DNA of 64,000 nucleotides, taken from Syntrophales bacterium. GTDB lineage: Bacteria; Desulfobacterota; Syntrophia; Syntrophales; UBA4778. Shown here one piece after another: positions 18,474-28,243 of the stretch. Under the pieces are notes generated by a model. The model did no database searches. It was given only the letters and a program-made list of their open reading frames with translations, and was not told where the DNA came from. The translations under genes were made by a program, and so were the position numbers. Location of the stretch: the NCBI GenBank assembly GCA_963665615.2, contig CAXXQE010000008.1:310001-374000 (forward strand), read 5' to 3'. The stretch's first letter is position 1. Every line of letters starts with the position of its first letter.

Positions 18474-19296
18474 ATGCGACAGTATTCCATCTCTCCTCTA
18501 GAAATGTTCGCCAGTTTCTGGCGCAATAGATCCCTGACCTTCACCTTGGCGAAACGCGAAGTCATCGGTCGCTATCGTGGATCAATGATGGGCATGGCAT
18601 GGTCATTTTTCAATCCATTGATTATGTTGGTCATTTATACACTTGTTTTTTCCATTGTATTTAATGCACGGTGGGGGAATGGCGGACAAGAAAGCAAAAT
18701 CGATTTTGGAATTATCCTTTTTGTCGGCATGACGATTCACGGTCTTTTTGCGGAATGTATCAATCGCGCGCCAAATCTGATTCTTTCAAATGTCAATTAT
18801 GTGAAGAAGGTAATATTCCCATTGGAAATATTACCTTGGGTTGCTTTCAGCTCAGCGCTGTTTCATTATGCCATCAGTCTATTAGCCTTGCTGGCGGCAG
18901 AACTTTTTTTCATGGGCCATATTCCAATTACAGCGTTGCTCATCCCCGTGGTTCTACTTCCTTTGGTCTTGGCGTCAATTGGCGTCGCCTGGTTTCTGTC
19001 ATCGCTTGGCGTGTTCATTCGCGATATAGGACAGATAACCGGCATAATCACCACGGTGCTGCTATTCATTTCCGGCGTGTTTTTCCAGATCAGCGCGCTT
19101 CCGGAACCATATCGTTCCTGGCTCGCATTTAATCCACTCGCGTTGATTATCGAAGAAGGGAGAAACGTATTGATTCTTGGGAAGCTGCCCGATCCGACGC
19201 TCTGGTGCCTGACGCTGGCATTGGGAACATGCATTGCGTGGACCGGTTTTGCGTGGTTTCAAAAAACGCGGGAGAGGATTGGCCGATGTCCTCTAA
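18474..19296 (+). CDS. wzm: O-antigen/glycan ABC transporter permease Wzm (apparent +1 G at 19270-72; corrected end TRRGLADVL*)
   Basis: REVIGRYRGSMMGMAWSFFNPL, NYVKKVIFP, NPL; the expected ADVL* terminus lies in the shifted frame and overlaps the wzt ATG. Confidence 0.9.
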
Positions 19297-20549
19297 CGAT
19301 ATCGCCATTAAGGTCAATAACCTGTCCAAGGCGTATCAGATTTATAGCAAGTCAAACGACCGTCTCAAGCAATCGATTTATCCACGCCTGCAGAGACTTA
19401 TGGGGAAGCACCCAAAGCAATATTATAGGGAGTTCTGGGCCCTCAAGGACGTATCCTTTGAAGTTAAGAAAGGTGAGACGATTGGTGTTATTGGTCGTAA
19501 CGGCAGCGGTAAATCCACTCTTTTGCAATTGCTCTGTGGCACACTCTATCCGACAAGCGGCAATATACTGACAAGCGGCAGGAATCGCTGCCCTACTGGA
19601 ACTTGGTTCAGGCTTTAATCCTGAATTTACCGGCCGCGAAAATGTGTATATGAATGCATCAATCCTCGGCCTTTCTGACGAAGAAATCGATTCCAGATAT
19701 GACGAAATCGTCGCCTTCGCAGATATTGGCGACTTTATCAATCAACCTGTAAAAACCTACTCCAGTGGCATGTTTGTGCGCCTTGCGTTTGCCGTAGCTA
19801 CAAACGTTAACCCCGATATCCTCATTATCGATGAGGCCTTAGCTGTTGGCGATATGAGCTTCCAAAAGAAATGTATGGAGAGAATTGATGAGTTCAGAGA
19901 AGCGGGTAAAACCATCTTGTTCTGTTCGCATGACATGCATGCGGTGAGCTCCTTATGCGATCGCGTCGTATGGGTTAAGGATGGCATGATCTCAGAACTA
20001 GGCGATTCTGAGGCTGTTATTTCTTCTTATATTTCATGGATGTCAAACGCCGCGAGATCAGCGACCTCGCAAGTAACAACTCCGTCATCTCACAACCCGA
20101 ATTACTTTGTACGAAACTCCGATGAGGTTCAGATTATCTCGGTAAAGTTATTTGCGGCAAATGGCGTGGAGAATGATGTTTTTTTCAGTGGAGACGATCT
20201 CACTTTTGAGGTCGTCTATAACGCGCCGAATGGCATCAAGGATCCCAATTATAGCGTTATAGTTTTCAGACACGATAAAACACCCGTTGCCATTGGCAAA
20301 AGTTGTTATGAAAAACATGTGACACGAGCTGGAATGATTCAGGAGATAGGCAAGTTCAAAGTAACCTTGAAAAAAATTCAGCTGAATAATGGGAAGTATT
20401 CTTTTGGAATCTCCATCTGGGACAAGGGGAACAAAATTTCCTTCGCGAATAACATTACAAGAGAATTTGAAATTAAATCTCTAAAAGTTGTTTTCGGCCC
20501 GACAGAAGAAAAGTGCGTCTATTTCCCTGACATGGTGTGGGAACACTAG
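19286..20549 (+). CDS. wzt: ABC transporter ATPase Wzt with C-terminal carbohydrate-binding-type domain (apparent +1 at 19581-84)
   Basis: FWALKDVSFEV, GRNGSGKSTLL, then LLELGSGFNPEFTGREN, YSSGMFVRLAFA, DEALAVGD, plus ~150-aa beta-rich extension. Confidence 0.9.
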
Positions 20550-20578
20550 TATCTCGAATTAATTGAACAATCCGGAAA

Positions 20579-21751
20579 ATGCGAATTGAATTTTTTAAGT
20601 TTCTCAAAACTAAAAAGCAAAAAAAAATTATTTATCACGTAGGTGCCTGGTCAGGAAACTTTGGTGACAGCGTGATAAAGCAATCCATAAGAAATTGCCT
20701 TCAAAAACTGTCTGCCGACGAGTTGGAATTTCGATATATCAACTGTCAGAAGACAGAATTCACTACCGACCTGATTCATTTGATTAATGCTGAAGGCAAT
20801 CTCCTGATCGTCGGGGGGGGGGGCCTTATCTTCTACAGACCGCAGGACAATTCAAAGTCAGGTTGGCAATGGAATATCGATATCAGCCTTATCGATACAT
20901 TCAGGGTTCCCATCGTTGTATACGGCATCGGTTACAATCAGTTTGCATATGATCCCTCGGACTTCCTACCCATAACAAACGCGCATCTGCAAAAAACAGT
21001 TCAACGTGCGGCCTTATTTTCTGTGCGTAACTCGGGAACGAGGAACGAGTTGATCAAGCGAGGGTGTGATGGGCGCAAAATCGAAGTTATTCCTGACAGT
21101 GCAATGTTTGCCGAAGCCAAGGCGATACAAATTCCAAAATTGGATCAAACCAAATTGAAGATCGGGGTTAACTGGACGACCGATCGCGAAGACCAGACGT
21201 TCCCGGCCCCTTATGTAGAAAACAAAAATAAATTCGTAGAGACCTGCTGCGACCTTCTAAATTATGCCATTCGGGAAAAAAACGCACAAATTTTTTACCT
21301 GGGGCACATGTCTTATGAATTTGACAAGGACATTATTGAAGCTTTCCGAAAGAAGTTGATTGCCGAGCCAATTGTTATTGACGAGGTGCTTAGAGAGATA
21401 TATCCGCCATCGGATGAAAGAGCCGGGTATCTTGTCGATGTATATCGGCAGATGGATATCGTCTTAGGCATGCGGGGTCACGCCAATATCTTGGCATTCG
21501 GCCAGAACACGCCATTTATCGGTTTGGGAAGCCATCGAAAAATCAGATACTTTTTAGAAGATATCGGGAGAGAAGTTTATTTCTTCGACGTAAGACCAGA
21601 GGGTAATTTATACAATGCCCATACGATGCGGACAACTCTTGATGACATTATCATGAATATCAGGCGGCACAAATCTCAAATGTCCAGTCAATACGCCGTC
21701 CAAAAAGAGCTTTTTTGTAATTTTAATAAAAGATTACTCTGCTCGATTTGA
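20579..21751 (+). CDS. Polysaccharide pyruvyl transferase family protein
   Basis: GNFGD, IVGGGG, YGIG, FSVRN, PDSA, GMRGHANILA, K motif. Confidence 0.8.
   Translation: MRIEFFKFLKTKKQKKIIYHVGAWSGNFGDSVIKQSIRNCLQKLSADELEFRYINCQKTEFTTDLIHLINAEGNLLIVGGGGLIFYRPQDNSKSGWQWNIDISLIDTFRVPIVVYGIGYNQFAYDPSDFLPITNAHLQKTVQRAALFSVRNSGTRNELIKRGCDGRKIEVIPDSAMFAEAKAIQIPKLDQTKLKIGVNWTTDREDQTFPAPYVENKNKFVETCCDLLNYAIREKNAQIFYLGHMSYEFDKDIIEAFRKKLIAEPIVIDEVLREIYPPSDERAGYLVDVYRQMDIVLGMRGHANILAFGQNTPFIGLGSHRKIRYFLEDIGREVYFFDVRPEGNLYNAHTMRTTLDDIIMNIRRHKSQMSSQYAVQKELFCNFNKRLLCSI
20813..20823 (+). repeat. G11 homopolymer encoding the GGGG motif
   Basis: GTC GGG GGG GGG GGC CTT; longest homopolymer noticed in the window. 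Confidence 0.85.
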
Positions 21752-21794
21752 CTCTGTCAGGATTCCCTTCTCATCGATCATCGCTTTCGAACCT

Positions 21795-23390
21795 ATGCAC
21801 TCCATTGACTACGATAAAATCGACGCCAAAAAGCGATGCTGCTGGGAAGTGTGCGCATGGCTTTATATCGCATTATACTGCGTTGTCGGCTTATCCACGC
21901 TACATCAATTGCCGCCTGTTTTTATCGATGAGCCGTGGTTTGCCGAATCATCCTATAGCGTAGTCGAAAGAGGAACGTTTGAACGCACATCTTTTCCTTT
22001 TCGATATGGCGATGCATCCTTTGCTGGAAACATCTTTCTATTCTTAAACGCCATCCCCATCAAGATAATCGGCTTCCATCTCTATTCTATTCGGATTGTC
22101 ACGTTCCTATGTTTTACTGCTACCTTGTGTCTGCTATTTATGCTTCTCAGGAGATTGTTTTCCTCGTCCGTTGCTTTCTCCATGGTGATGCTCATCAGCC
22201 TCTGTCCCCATATGATCAATATGTCAAGAATCGCAAGGCCGGAAGGCATGATCCTGTTTTTCGGGAGCTTGGCTTTATATGTTTTCTTCTTATATAAGGA
22301 TGACCCTTCAGGACCCAAGCAAGGCTTAATCGGTCTTCTGTTTGCTGCGCCCGCCCTAATACATCCTTATGGCGTCGCCTTTGCGGTAATCGGGGGTACC
22401 CTGATTTCCTTGAACATGTTTAGAAAGAAGCAGTTAAGTCTTAAGCAATTTTGCTATTATTTCTCAGGTGCCCTGTGCCCTTTATTATTTTTTACATATC
22501 GACTCAAGGTCAACATGAGTTTATATAGTGGTTTTGCTGCGGGGAAAGGCACGTTCAGCAAGGGATTACTCGACAAAACATCAGAGTTTATCAGGTACTA
22601 TTCAGACATATACATCGTCTCGTCTCATATCGCTTTGCTGTCAGCACTATTGCTTATCATCGCGTTATCACTGATCGGAATGATGCGTCTTCGTAAGTCG
22701 CAAAAAGATCACTTTCAGTATTATATTTTTTTCCTTTCAGCTTTTGTCATCCTGGCGGGGTTCATTTGCTTTTTAGCGCATTACTCCCGCTTCTACAGTG
22801 CATATATGTCTTTCTTCGGACTACTCGTCTTGTTCATCCCTGTGCTGATGCTTCCCAAAAAGTTATCATGTGCTGTGACGTTTGTTGCGTGTGCGTTTTT
22901 TCTCTATCTGGATGTCGCTTGGTGCAGTTATTTTAAAAGCGTGAATTATGATGCTTATGAGAAAAAATTAACAAGTGTTATCCCAGACGGAAGCAAGGTT
23001 TTAGGGAAAATTAATTACAGGTTGTCATTCCCGGGATTTAATTATTTTGCGGCAGAAGATATCATACAGTTCTGCAACGCCGGTGGGAGATTCGCCGATT
23101 ATATTCACAGCTATGGCATTCAGTATATCATTTACGATTATGCGTGGAACAGCCAAAGCCTGAAGGGAAACAAAGATCACGGAACACCTTATCAGGAAAC
23201 GATCAGATTTCTGGATAGCCACGCCGAGCTCATCGGGACGATTGAGGACAATTATTACAGCAATCGATTTGGCAAGCCCGGTTATGAGCATGTCGGCTTG
23301 CCTTATGTGAATCTACTTGACGTGACATCGAAAAGCGATATTTCGAATGCCCTTTACTGGGCAAAAATCTATAAGGTTTGCATACCTTGA
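21795..23390 (+). CDS. GT-C fold membrane glycosyltransferase (ArnT/GT39-like)
   Basis: N-terminal TM then DE motif (FIDEPW), IARPE, about 11 hydrophobic segments, soluble C-terminal domain. Confidence 0.65.
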   Translation: MHSIDYDKIDAKKRCCWEVCAWLYIALYCVVGLSTLHQLPPVFIDEPWFAESSYSVVERGTFERTSFPFRYGDASFAGNIFLFLNAIPIKIIGFHLYSIRIVTFLCFTATLCLLFMLLRRLFSSSVAFSMVMLISLCPHMINMSRIARPEGMILFFGSLALYVFFLYKDDPSGPKQGLIGLLFAAPALIHPYGVAFAVIGGTLISLNMFRKKQLSLKQFCYYFSGALCPLLFFTYRLKVNMSLYSGFAAGKGTFSKGLLDKTSEFIRYYSDIYIVSSHIALLSALLLIIALSLIGMMRLRKSQKDHFQYYIFFLSAFVILAGFICFLAHYSRFYSAYMSFFGLLVLFIPVLMLPKKLSCAVTFVACAFFLYLDVAWCSYFKSVNYDAYEKKLTSVIPDGSKVLGKINYRLSFPGFNYFAAEDIIQFCNAGGRFADYIHSYGIQYIIYDYAWNSQSLKGNKDHGTPYQETIRFLDSHAELIGTIEDNYYSNRFGKPGYEHVGLPYVNLLDVTSKSDISNALYWAKIYKVCIP

Positions 23391-25069
23391 TAGACTCGAC
23401 CGCGCTATTAAAGATGCCTGAGCGCCATCCATGGCTGTGTTCTTTTGCCATTGTAGCCGCGCTTTATATGATCGGCTTGGGTATCTTCACACCCATTTTT
23501 GAAACGAACGACGATACGGCGATGATGGGGATTGTCAGCGGCATTACTTATGGTCATCCCAGCCCACACATTGTCTTTTCAAATGTTCTCATCGGAAAGA
23601 CCTTGGCAGCATTGTATGAACTCGGGCCTTCGATCCCTTGGTATGGCGTTTATCTATATATATTCCAGGCGCTTGCTGCCTTCTTGATTATCCGCTCGTT
23701 ATTATGGGCCTTATCCCCCGTGTCGGTATACGATTTACTTTTACTCCTCATTTCCGTCATAGCATGTATCCCGATAGTTATTTATCTGCAGTTTACTTCC
23801 ACTGCCATTTTGATGGGTGTCGCTGCTTGCATTCTTCATTGCGCGACGCTTTCAAAGGCAAGCTTGAGGTATCACTGGATTTTTCATATTCTGGCAGGCC
23901 TCTTGTTGGGTGTGGCATTCATGATACGAACAACGTCTGCATACGTCGCCGTGTTGATCGCTTTGCCTATTCTAGTAATTTCTATAAGGCGAGATCGAAC
24001 AGTCTTTCTTCGAACGGGATTGTTCATTATTATTGCCATCGTGGTCGCCATTGGCACGGAAACAACGCAAAGGAGTTTCTATCAAAGTCATCATGACTGG
24101 CAAAAATATTTCACATATAACGCCGTCCGTGGTGCGTTGCATGGCTATCCAAAGCTAATTTCATTTGACGAGAAGCCGTCTCTTTACAAATCGATTGGCT
24201 GGTCCGCCAATGATCGTGATATGTTTCGGTTGTGGTTCTTTACGGACCCCTTGCGGTACTCATACGCCAATCTTCAAAAGATTGTTGCCGATATGCCTCC
24301 GTTAAAAAAGACTACTATGGGTTCATTTGATGCAATCACGTCTATAATTTCTCAGTGGCCCCTCCAAGTATGCCTTGTATTGGCTGTGGCAATTTGCCAA
24401 ACTTTTATGATGTGCGGGCGGCGTCGCTACTTTTCATTCGCCTATCTATTATATGTCTTTCTTATTTTAATGTATTTTACCATGTTCGCTCGACTCCCCA
24501 ATCGGGTTGCAATGCCTGTGCTCATTTGCGTTCTTTTATGCATCGTCTTTTGGGGATCATCAAGCATTAAAAAAAATATCCAGGTATCCGGCCGAATCAA
24601 TGTGGTCATGCTGCTCCTTGTTTTTTTTTCTGGGACCATTCTTTTCAAGTTGAGTGATGAATCTTCCATGAATATCCGTCGTCAAATTGCCTTACAATCC
24701 CGAATTGAGGAGCTTCGAAAGCTTGGCCCCCATGCTGTATTTGTTCTTTGGAGCGGCGATATGGAACTGCACAGCATGAACCCATTAAGGATTCCGCATA
24801 ATGATCTTCGTTCTCTCAATTTTGTTGGGCTTGGATGGCGGACACATTCTCCTGAGTTTAACTACCACCTTGCAAAACTTTGCTTGAGTGATTTGTATAA
24901 AGACATCGCTTTCAAGCAAAACGTTTACCTCATTTCTGGACAGAGCAGAGTCCCTTATTACGAGCAGTATCTAAAAGAGCATTATGGATTGAGCGGGACG
25001 CTGAGAACCGTTGGCTATCTTTATGGCTGTTCCGCTCGAATATATAACGGCTTTGTTATTCGGTCGTAA
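23378..25069 (+). CDS. Multi-pass membrane protein, probable GT-C glycosyltransferase
   Basis: TM1 then ETNDD acidic motif, LQFT, MIR; many TM helices; start may be internal (MPER). Confidence 0.55.
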   Translation: MHTLIDSTALLKMPERHPWLCSFAIVAALYMIGLGIFTPIFETNDDTAMMGIVSGITYGHPSPHIVFSNVLIGKTLAALYELGPSIPWYGVYLYIFQALAAFLIIRSLLWALSPVSVYDLLLLLISVIACIPIVIYLQFTSTAILMGVAACILHCATLSKASLRYHWIFHILAGLLLGVAFMIRTTSAYVAVLIALPILVISIRRDRTVFLRTGLFIIIAIVVAIGTETTQRSFYQSHHDWQKYFTYNAVRGALHGYPKLISFDEKPSLYKSIGWSANDRDMFRLWFFTDPLRYSYANLQKIVADMPPLKKTTMGSFDAITSIISQWPLQVCLVLAVAICQTFMMCGRRRYFSFAYLLYVFLILMYFTMFARLPNRVAMPVLICVLLCIVFWGSSSIKKNIQVSGRINVVMLLLVFFSGTILFKLSDESSMNIRRQIALQSRIEELRKLGPHAVFVLWSGDMELHSMNPLRIPHNDLRSLNFVGLGWRTHSPEFNYHLAKLCLSDLYKDIAFKQNVYLISGQSRVPYYEQYLKEHYGLSGTLRTVGYLYGCSARIYNGFVIRS

Positions 25070-25190
25070 ATGTCTGCACGCCATAAGATCTTCACAAAAT
25101 CATCGTAAACTCTGTCATTGAAGGCGATCGCACTCTGCAGCGTGTCTATTCGCCCTCGACGGCAATTAATAAGTCATCCCTGCGGTAAAG

Positions 25191-26435
25191 ATGCGCGCAC
25201 TAGTAAATATAAAAAACATCATGATTTTGGGCGCGGGTGTTTATCAGGTTCCGTTGATAAAAACCGCTCAAAAAATGGGGTTGAAAACTCTGGTGGTGAG
25301 TCATCTAGGAAAATATCCGGGAATTCCGATAGGGGATCTTTTTCTTGAAATCGACACGACAGATGCAGATCGCATTGTGACAGCCGCGCGCACCCACCAT
25401 ATCGCCGGTATCGTTACATCCGGCACGGATGTCTGTATACCATCTCTGGGAAAGGTCGTTGACGCACTGAATCTGCCCGGAACTGGATTCGAAGCCGCAC
25501 AACGGAGCATGGATAAAGTTTTAATGAGACAGGCGTTTATGAAGCACAATGTTCGATCGCCTTCTTTTCAAATGTTTACCTGCTCTGGAGACGCTAAACT
25601 TTTCGCTTCCCGGCTGGGATACCCCGTTATGGTAAAAGCACCTGACTCTTCTGGAAGTCGGGGAATTACCAAAGCATCATCAGAAAACGAATTCCAATTT
25701 GCTTGGGATAGAGCAAGCGCCGTTTCCCGCTCCGGAGAAATTATCGTCGAACAGTTTCTGGACGGGATGGAGTTCGGCGCCCAGGCTTTTGTCCATGGGC
25801 GCGAGGTTGTCGCTGTCTTTCCACATGGAGATACGGTTACCCCAGGACCTTTTTTCTCTCCTATCGGACACTCCATGCCTCTTATGCTTTCGGAGGGGCT
25901 GCAATCCAAAACGGCGCGGGTTATAGAAAAGGCCGTTCAGGCATTGGGCATCAAAGATTGCATATCAAATGTTGATCTTATGCTTGTGGAAGATGAACCG
26001 TACGTTATTGAAATAGGCGCCAGAATGGGTGCGACCTGCCTGCCCGAGTGCGTTTCAATTTTTACAGGGATGAATGCTTATGAGCACGTCATTCGCCTGG
26101 CTCTTGGAGAGCATCCCCCGATTCATATCACGGCAAAACAGCCGAACGCCTGCCGACTATTGCGCAGCGCCGCGACTGGAAGGGTCACGACTCTTTCCGC
26201 TCCGGATCGAGTTCTCAATCATCCGGATCTTATCGATCTCCAGTGGGATGTCGCTGCTGGCGATACGGTTCGGGCCTTTGAGGTAGGGCCTGATCGAATT
26301 GGCCATATCATTGTTAAAGGGGAGACTGCCGATGCAGCAGATCGACTGGCTAATGATTTATCAGAAATGATCAGTGTCTCGATTGTGCCATCAGCAGGTC
26401 TGTCTTGTTCATCCTCCCAGCGTCTCAATTGTTGA
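25191..26435 (+). CDS. ATP-grasp ligase
   Basis: ILGAGVYQ, DKVLMR, VKAPDSSGSRGI, EQFLDGMEF, IEIGARMG. Confidence 0.85.
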   Translation: MRALVNIKNIMILGAGVYQVPLIKTAQKMGLKTLVVSHLGKYPGIPIGDLFLEIDTTDADRIVTAARTHHIAGIVTSGTDVCIPSLGKVVDALNLPGTGFEAAQRSMDKVLMRQAFMKHNVRSPSFQMFTCSGDAKLFASRLGYPVMVKAPDSSGSRGITKASSENEFQFAWDRASAVSRSGEIIVEQFLDGMEFGAQAFVHGREVVAVFPHGDTVTPGPFFSPIGHSMPLMLSEGLQSKTARVIEKAVQALGIKDCISNVDLMLVEDEPYVIEIGARMGATCLPECVSIFTGMNAYEHVIRLALGEHPPIHITAKQPNACRLLRSAATGRVTTLSAPDRVLNHPDLIDLQWDVAAGDTVRAFEVGPDRIGHIIVKGETADAADRLANDLSEMISVSIVPSAGLSCSSSQRLNC

Positions 26436-26466
26436 TTCGGCTCGAATGTGAAAGCAGGGTTGATTT

Positions 26467-26976
26467 ATGAGAAAAATGACAAAATTCTGGAGGCTGTATC
26501 TGAAATTCAGATACATGTTCATACCGGAGGGACCACATGGCGATCTCATGCGTGGCAAGTTATACAAACCTTTTTTAAAACAATGTGGGGTCTCCTTCAA
26601 GGTGTATTCCCAAGCCTTCATCTATAACCCAAATGGCTTATCAGTTGGCGATTATGTATGTATCGGGTTTAACGCATACATCGGAGCAGGAGGAGACGTT
26701 GTTTTAGATGATGGTGCCACCTTGGGTCCATTTGTCGTTGTGTCTCCCAGCACACGATTGCGAAAAGACGGATCCTTCCGGGCTGGCGGCATTAAGAGCG
26801 ATTCGATTTATGTCGGCAAGGGAACTCAGATCGCAGCGCATGCATGCATACTTGCCGGCAGCCATATCGGCAACGGAAGTCTCGTGGCGGCTGGTGCAAT
26901 GGTTCGGGGCAGCTTTCCTGATAATGTTCTGATTGCGGGTGTCCCGCCTGTTATAAAAAAAGAGTATTCCGATTAA
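26467..26976 (+). CDS. Hexapeptide-repeat (LbH) acyltransferase
   Basis: Repeated [LIV]G-x4 pattern, VAAGAMV, IAGVP. Confidence 0.8.
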   Translation: MRKMTKFWRLYLKFRYMFIPEGPHGDLMRGKLYKPFLKQCGVSFKVYSQAFIYNPNGLSVGDYVCIGFNAYIGAGGDVVLDDGATLGPFVVVSPSTRLRKDGSFRAGGIKSDSIYVGKGTQIAAHACILAGSHIGNGSLVAAGAMVRGSFPDNVLIAGVPPVIKKEYSD

Positions 26977-27063
26977 TTATGCGGTGGCAGGCATAAATCA
27001 GTCCCCGAATAATAGCAGAAGAAGATCCCCTATAGGACCAATCCTCAAAGACGGAACCCGCGT

Positions 27064-28017
27064 ATGCAAGTAAGAAAAATAGATTACTCCATAGTCATCC
27101 CCGTGTATAAGAGCGGAGAGTGGATGGATGAGTTGGTCAGCCGCATAGGTAACGTCATGGCCGCAATAGATCCTGATGCTTTCGAGTTGATCCTTATCAA
27201 CGACTGCTCACCGGACAGCATCACGTGGGCGGCCGTCAAGCGCAACGCAAGGCAGCACCCTTGGGTGCGAGGTTTTAACCTGCTATATAATGTGGGACAG
27301 TTCCGGGCAACGTTATGCGGGCTCAAGCAGGCGGCCGGACAATTTGTGATAACGATGGATGATGATCTCCAGCATCCACCAGAGGAGATCCCTAAGCTTA
27401 TTCAGGCAATCCATGATGGAGATGCCCTGTGCGTAATGGGGCTCTATGAGTCAAAAAAGCATAGCCGGTTCCGCAATCTCGGAAGTGCAATGATGCAAAA
27501 TATTATGAATCGCCTATATGGAAAACCGCCCGGCATTCGGACAACGAGTTTTCGCATCATGAAGCGGGATCTGGTGAATGCAATCCTTTCCTTCAGAACG
27601 GCAAGACCCCAGATGGGCGCTGTCTTGGTTTCCCTCACGCGGGAGATCATCAATGTGACTGTGTCTCATAACCGGCGTAAGTCTGGTAAAAGCGGGTACG
27701 GCCTCAGAAAACTTTTAAGTACGACACGTGACAATATTGTTTCCGCGAGTACTTTTCCTTTAAGATTGTTCAGCATTATTGGCGTTGGTTGTGCGCTGGC
27801 CAGTTTTCTGCTCGCAATTATTTTCTTTATCCGCTGGTTCACTGGAGGTATTCGCGTTGCGGGCTATACCTCTCAGATTCTACTCATCATCCTCTTCGGT
27901 GGCCTTACGCTAGCCGGGATCGGCATTCTCGGAGAGTATATCTCGAGAATTATCTCCGAACTTACGGGACCTGAACAGTATCGAATCAGGGAAGATACCG
28001 ATCATCTCTTCCATTGA
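27064..28017 (+). CDS. GT2 polyprenyl-phosphate glycosyltransferase (ArnC/GtrB-like)
   Basis: SIVIPVY, INDCSPD, TMDDDLQHPPEEI, two C-terminal TMs, GILGEYI. Confidence 0.88.
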   Translation: MQVRKIDYSIVIPVYKSGEWMDELVSRIGNVMAAIDPDAFELILINDCSPDSITWAAVKRNARQHPWVRGFNLLYNVGQFRATLCGLKQAAGQFVITMDDDLQHPPEEIPKLIQAIHDGDALCVMGLYESKKHSRFRNLGSAMMQNIMNRLYGKPPGIRTTSFRIMKRDLVNAILSFRTARPQMGAVLVSLTREIINVTVSHNRRKSGKSGYGLRKLLSTTRDNIVSASTFPLRLFSIIGVGCALASFLLAIIFFIRWFTGGIRVAGYTSQILLIILFGGLTLAGIGILGEYISRIISELTGPEQYRIREDTDHLFH

Positions 28018-28164
28018 GTCAAAGCGTCATCAGTACATAACTTTCTGTTTATTCCGATAGGACCATCATGGTGCAAAGATCGTTCTTACTTTCGCCCGCT
28101 GTATTGATTGCCTTTTTCATCATCCTGCGCACTGTAAGCCAAATTCTGTTTAAGCATATCGCCA
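27970..28164 (+). repeat. Direct repeat copy 1 (195 bp)
   Basis: About 94% identical to 30306-30499 (about 10 substitutions and 1 indel by manual alignment). Confidence 0.95.
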
Positions 28165-28238
28165 AGCCACTGCCGTCAACTATTCCCGGGAATAATCGCT
28201 CAAACACGGCCGAGCTGTTTGCTCAACTAGGCAAATAG
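28068..28238 (+). pseudogene. Truncated 5' copy of the EamA/SMR gene at 30403
   Basis: MVQRSFLLSPAVLIAFFIILRTVSQILFKHIA followed by unrelated sequence and TAG. Confidence 0.8.
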
Positions 28239-28243
28239 GCACT

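Noticed and set aside
18474..19571. 365-aa extended Wzm from the ORF track
   Set aside because: The extension results from the extra G near 19270; the typical ADVL* end is at 19296.
14354..20549. True pseudogenes of waaF, GT9, wzm and wzt, or programmed frameshifting
   Set aside because: All breaks are +1 in very short runs, clustered, with no other decay or slippery heptamers; a sequencing artefact is more parsimonious.
24569..24629. A8 and T9 tracts as phase-variation sites
   Set aside because: Expected in AT-rich membrane-protein codons; similar A tracts occur in housekeeping genes here (lolD, gnnA).
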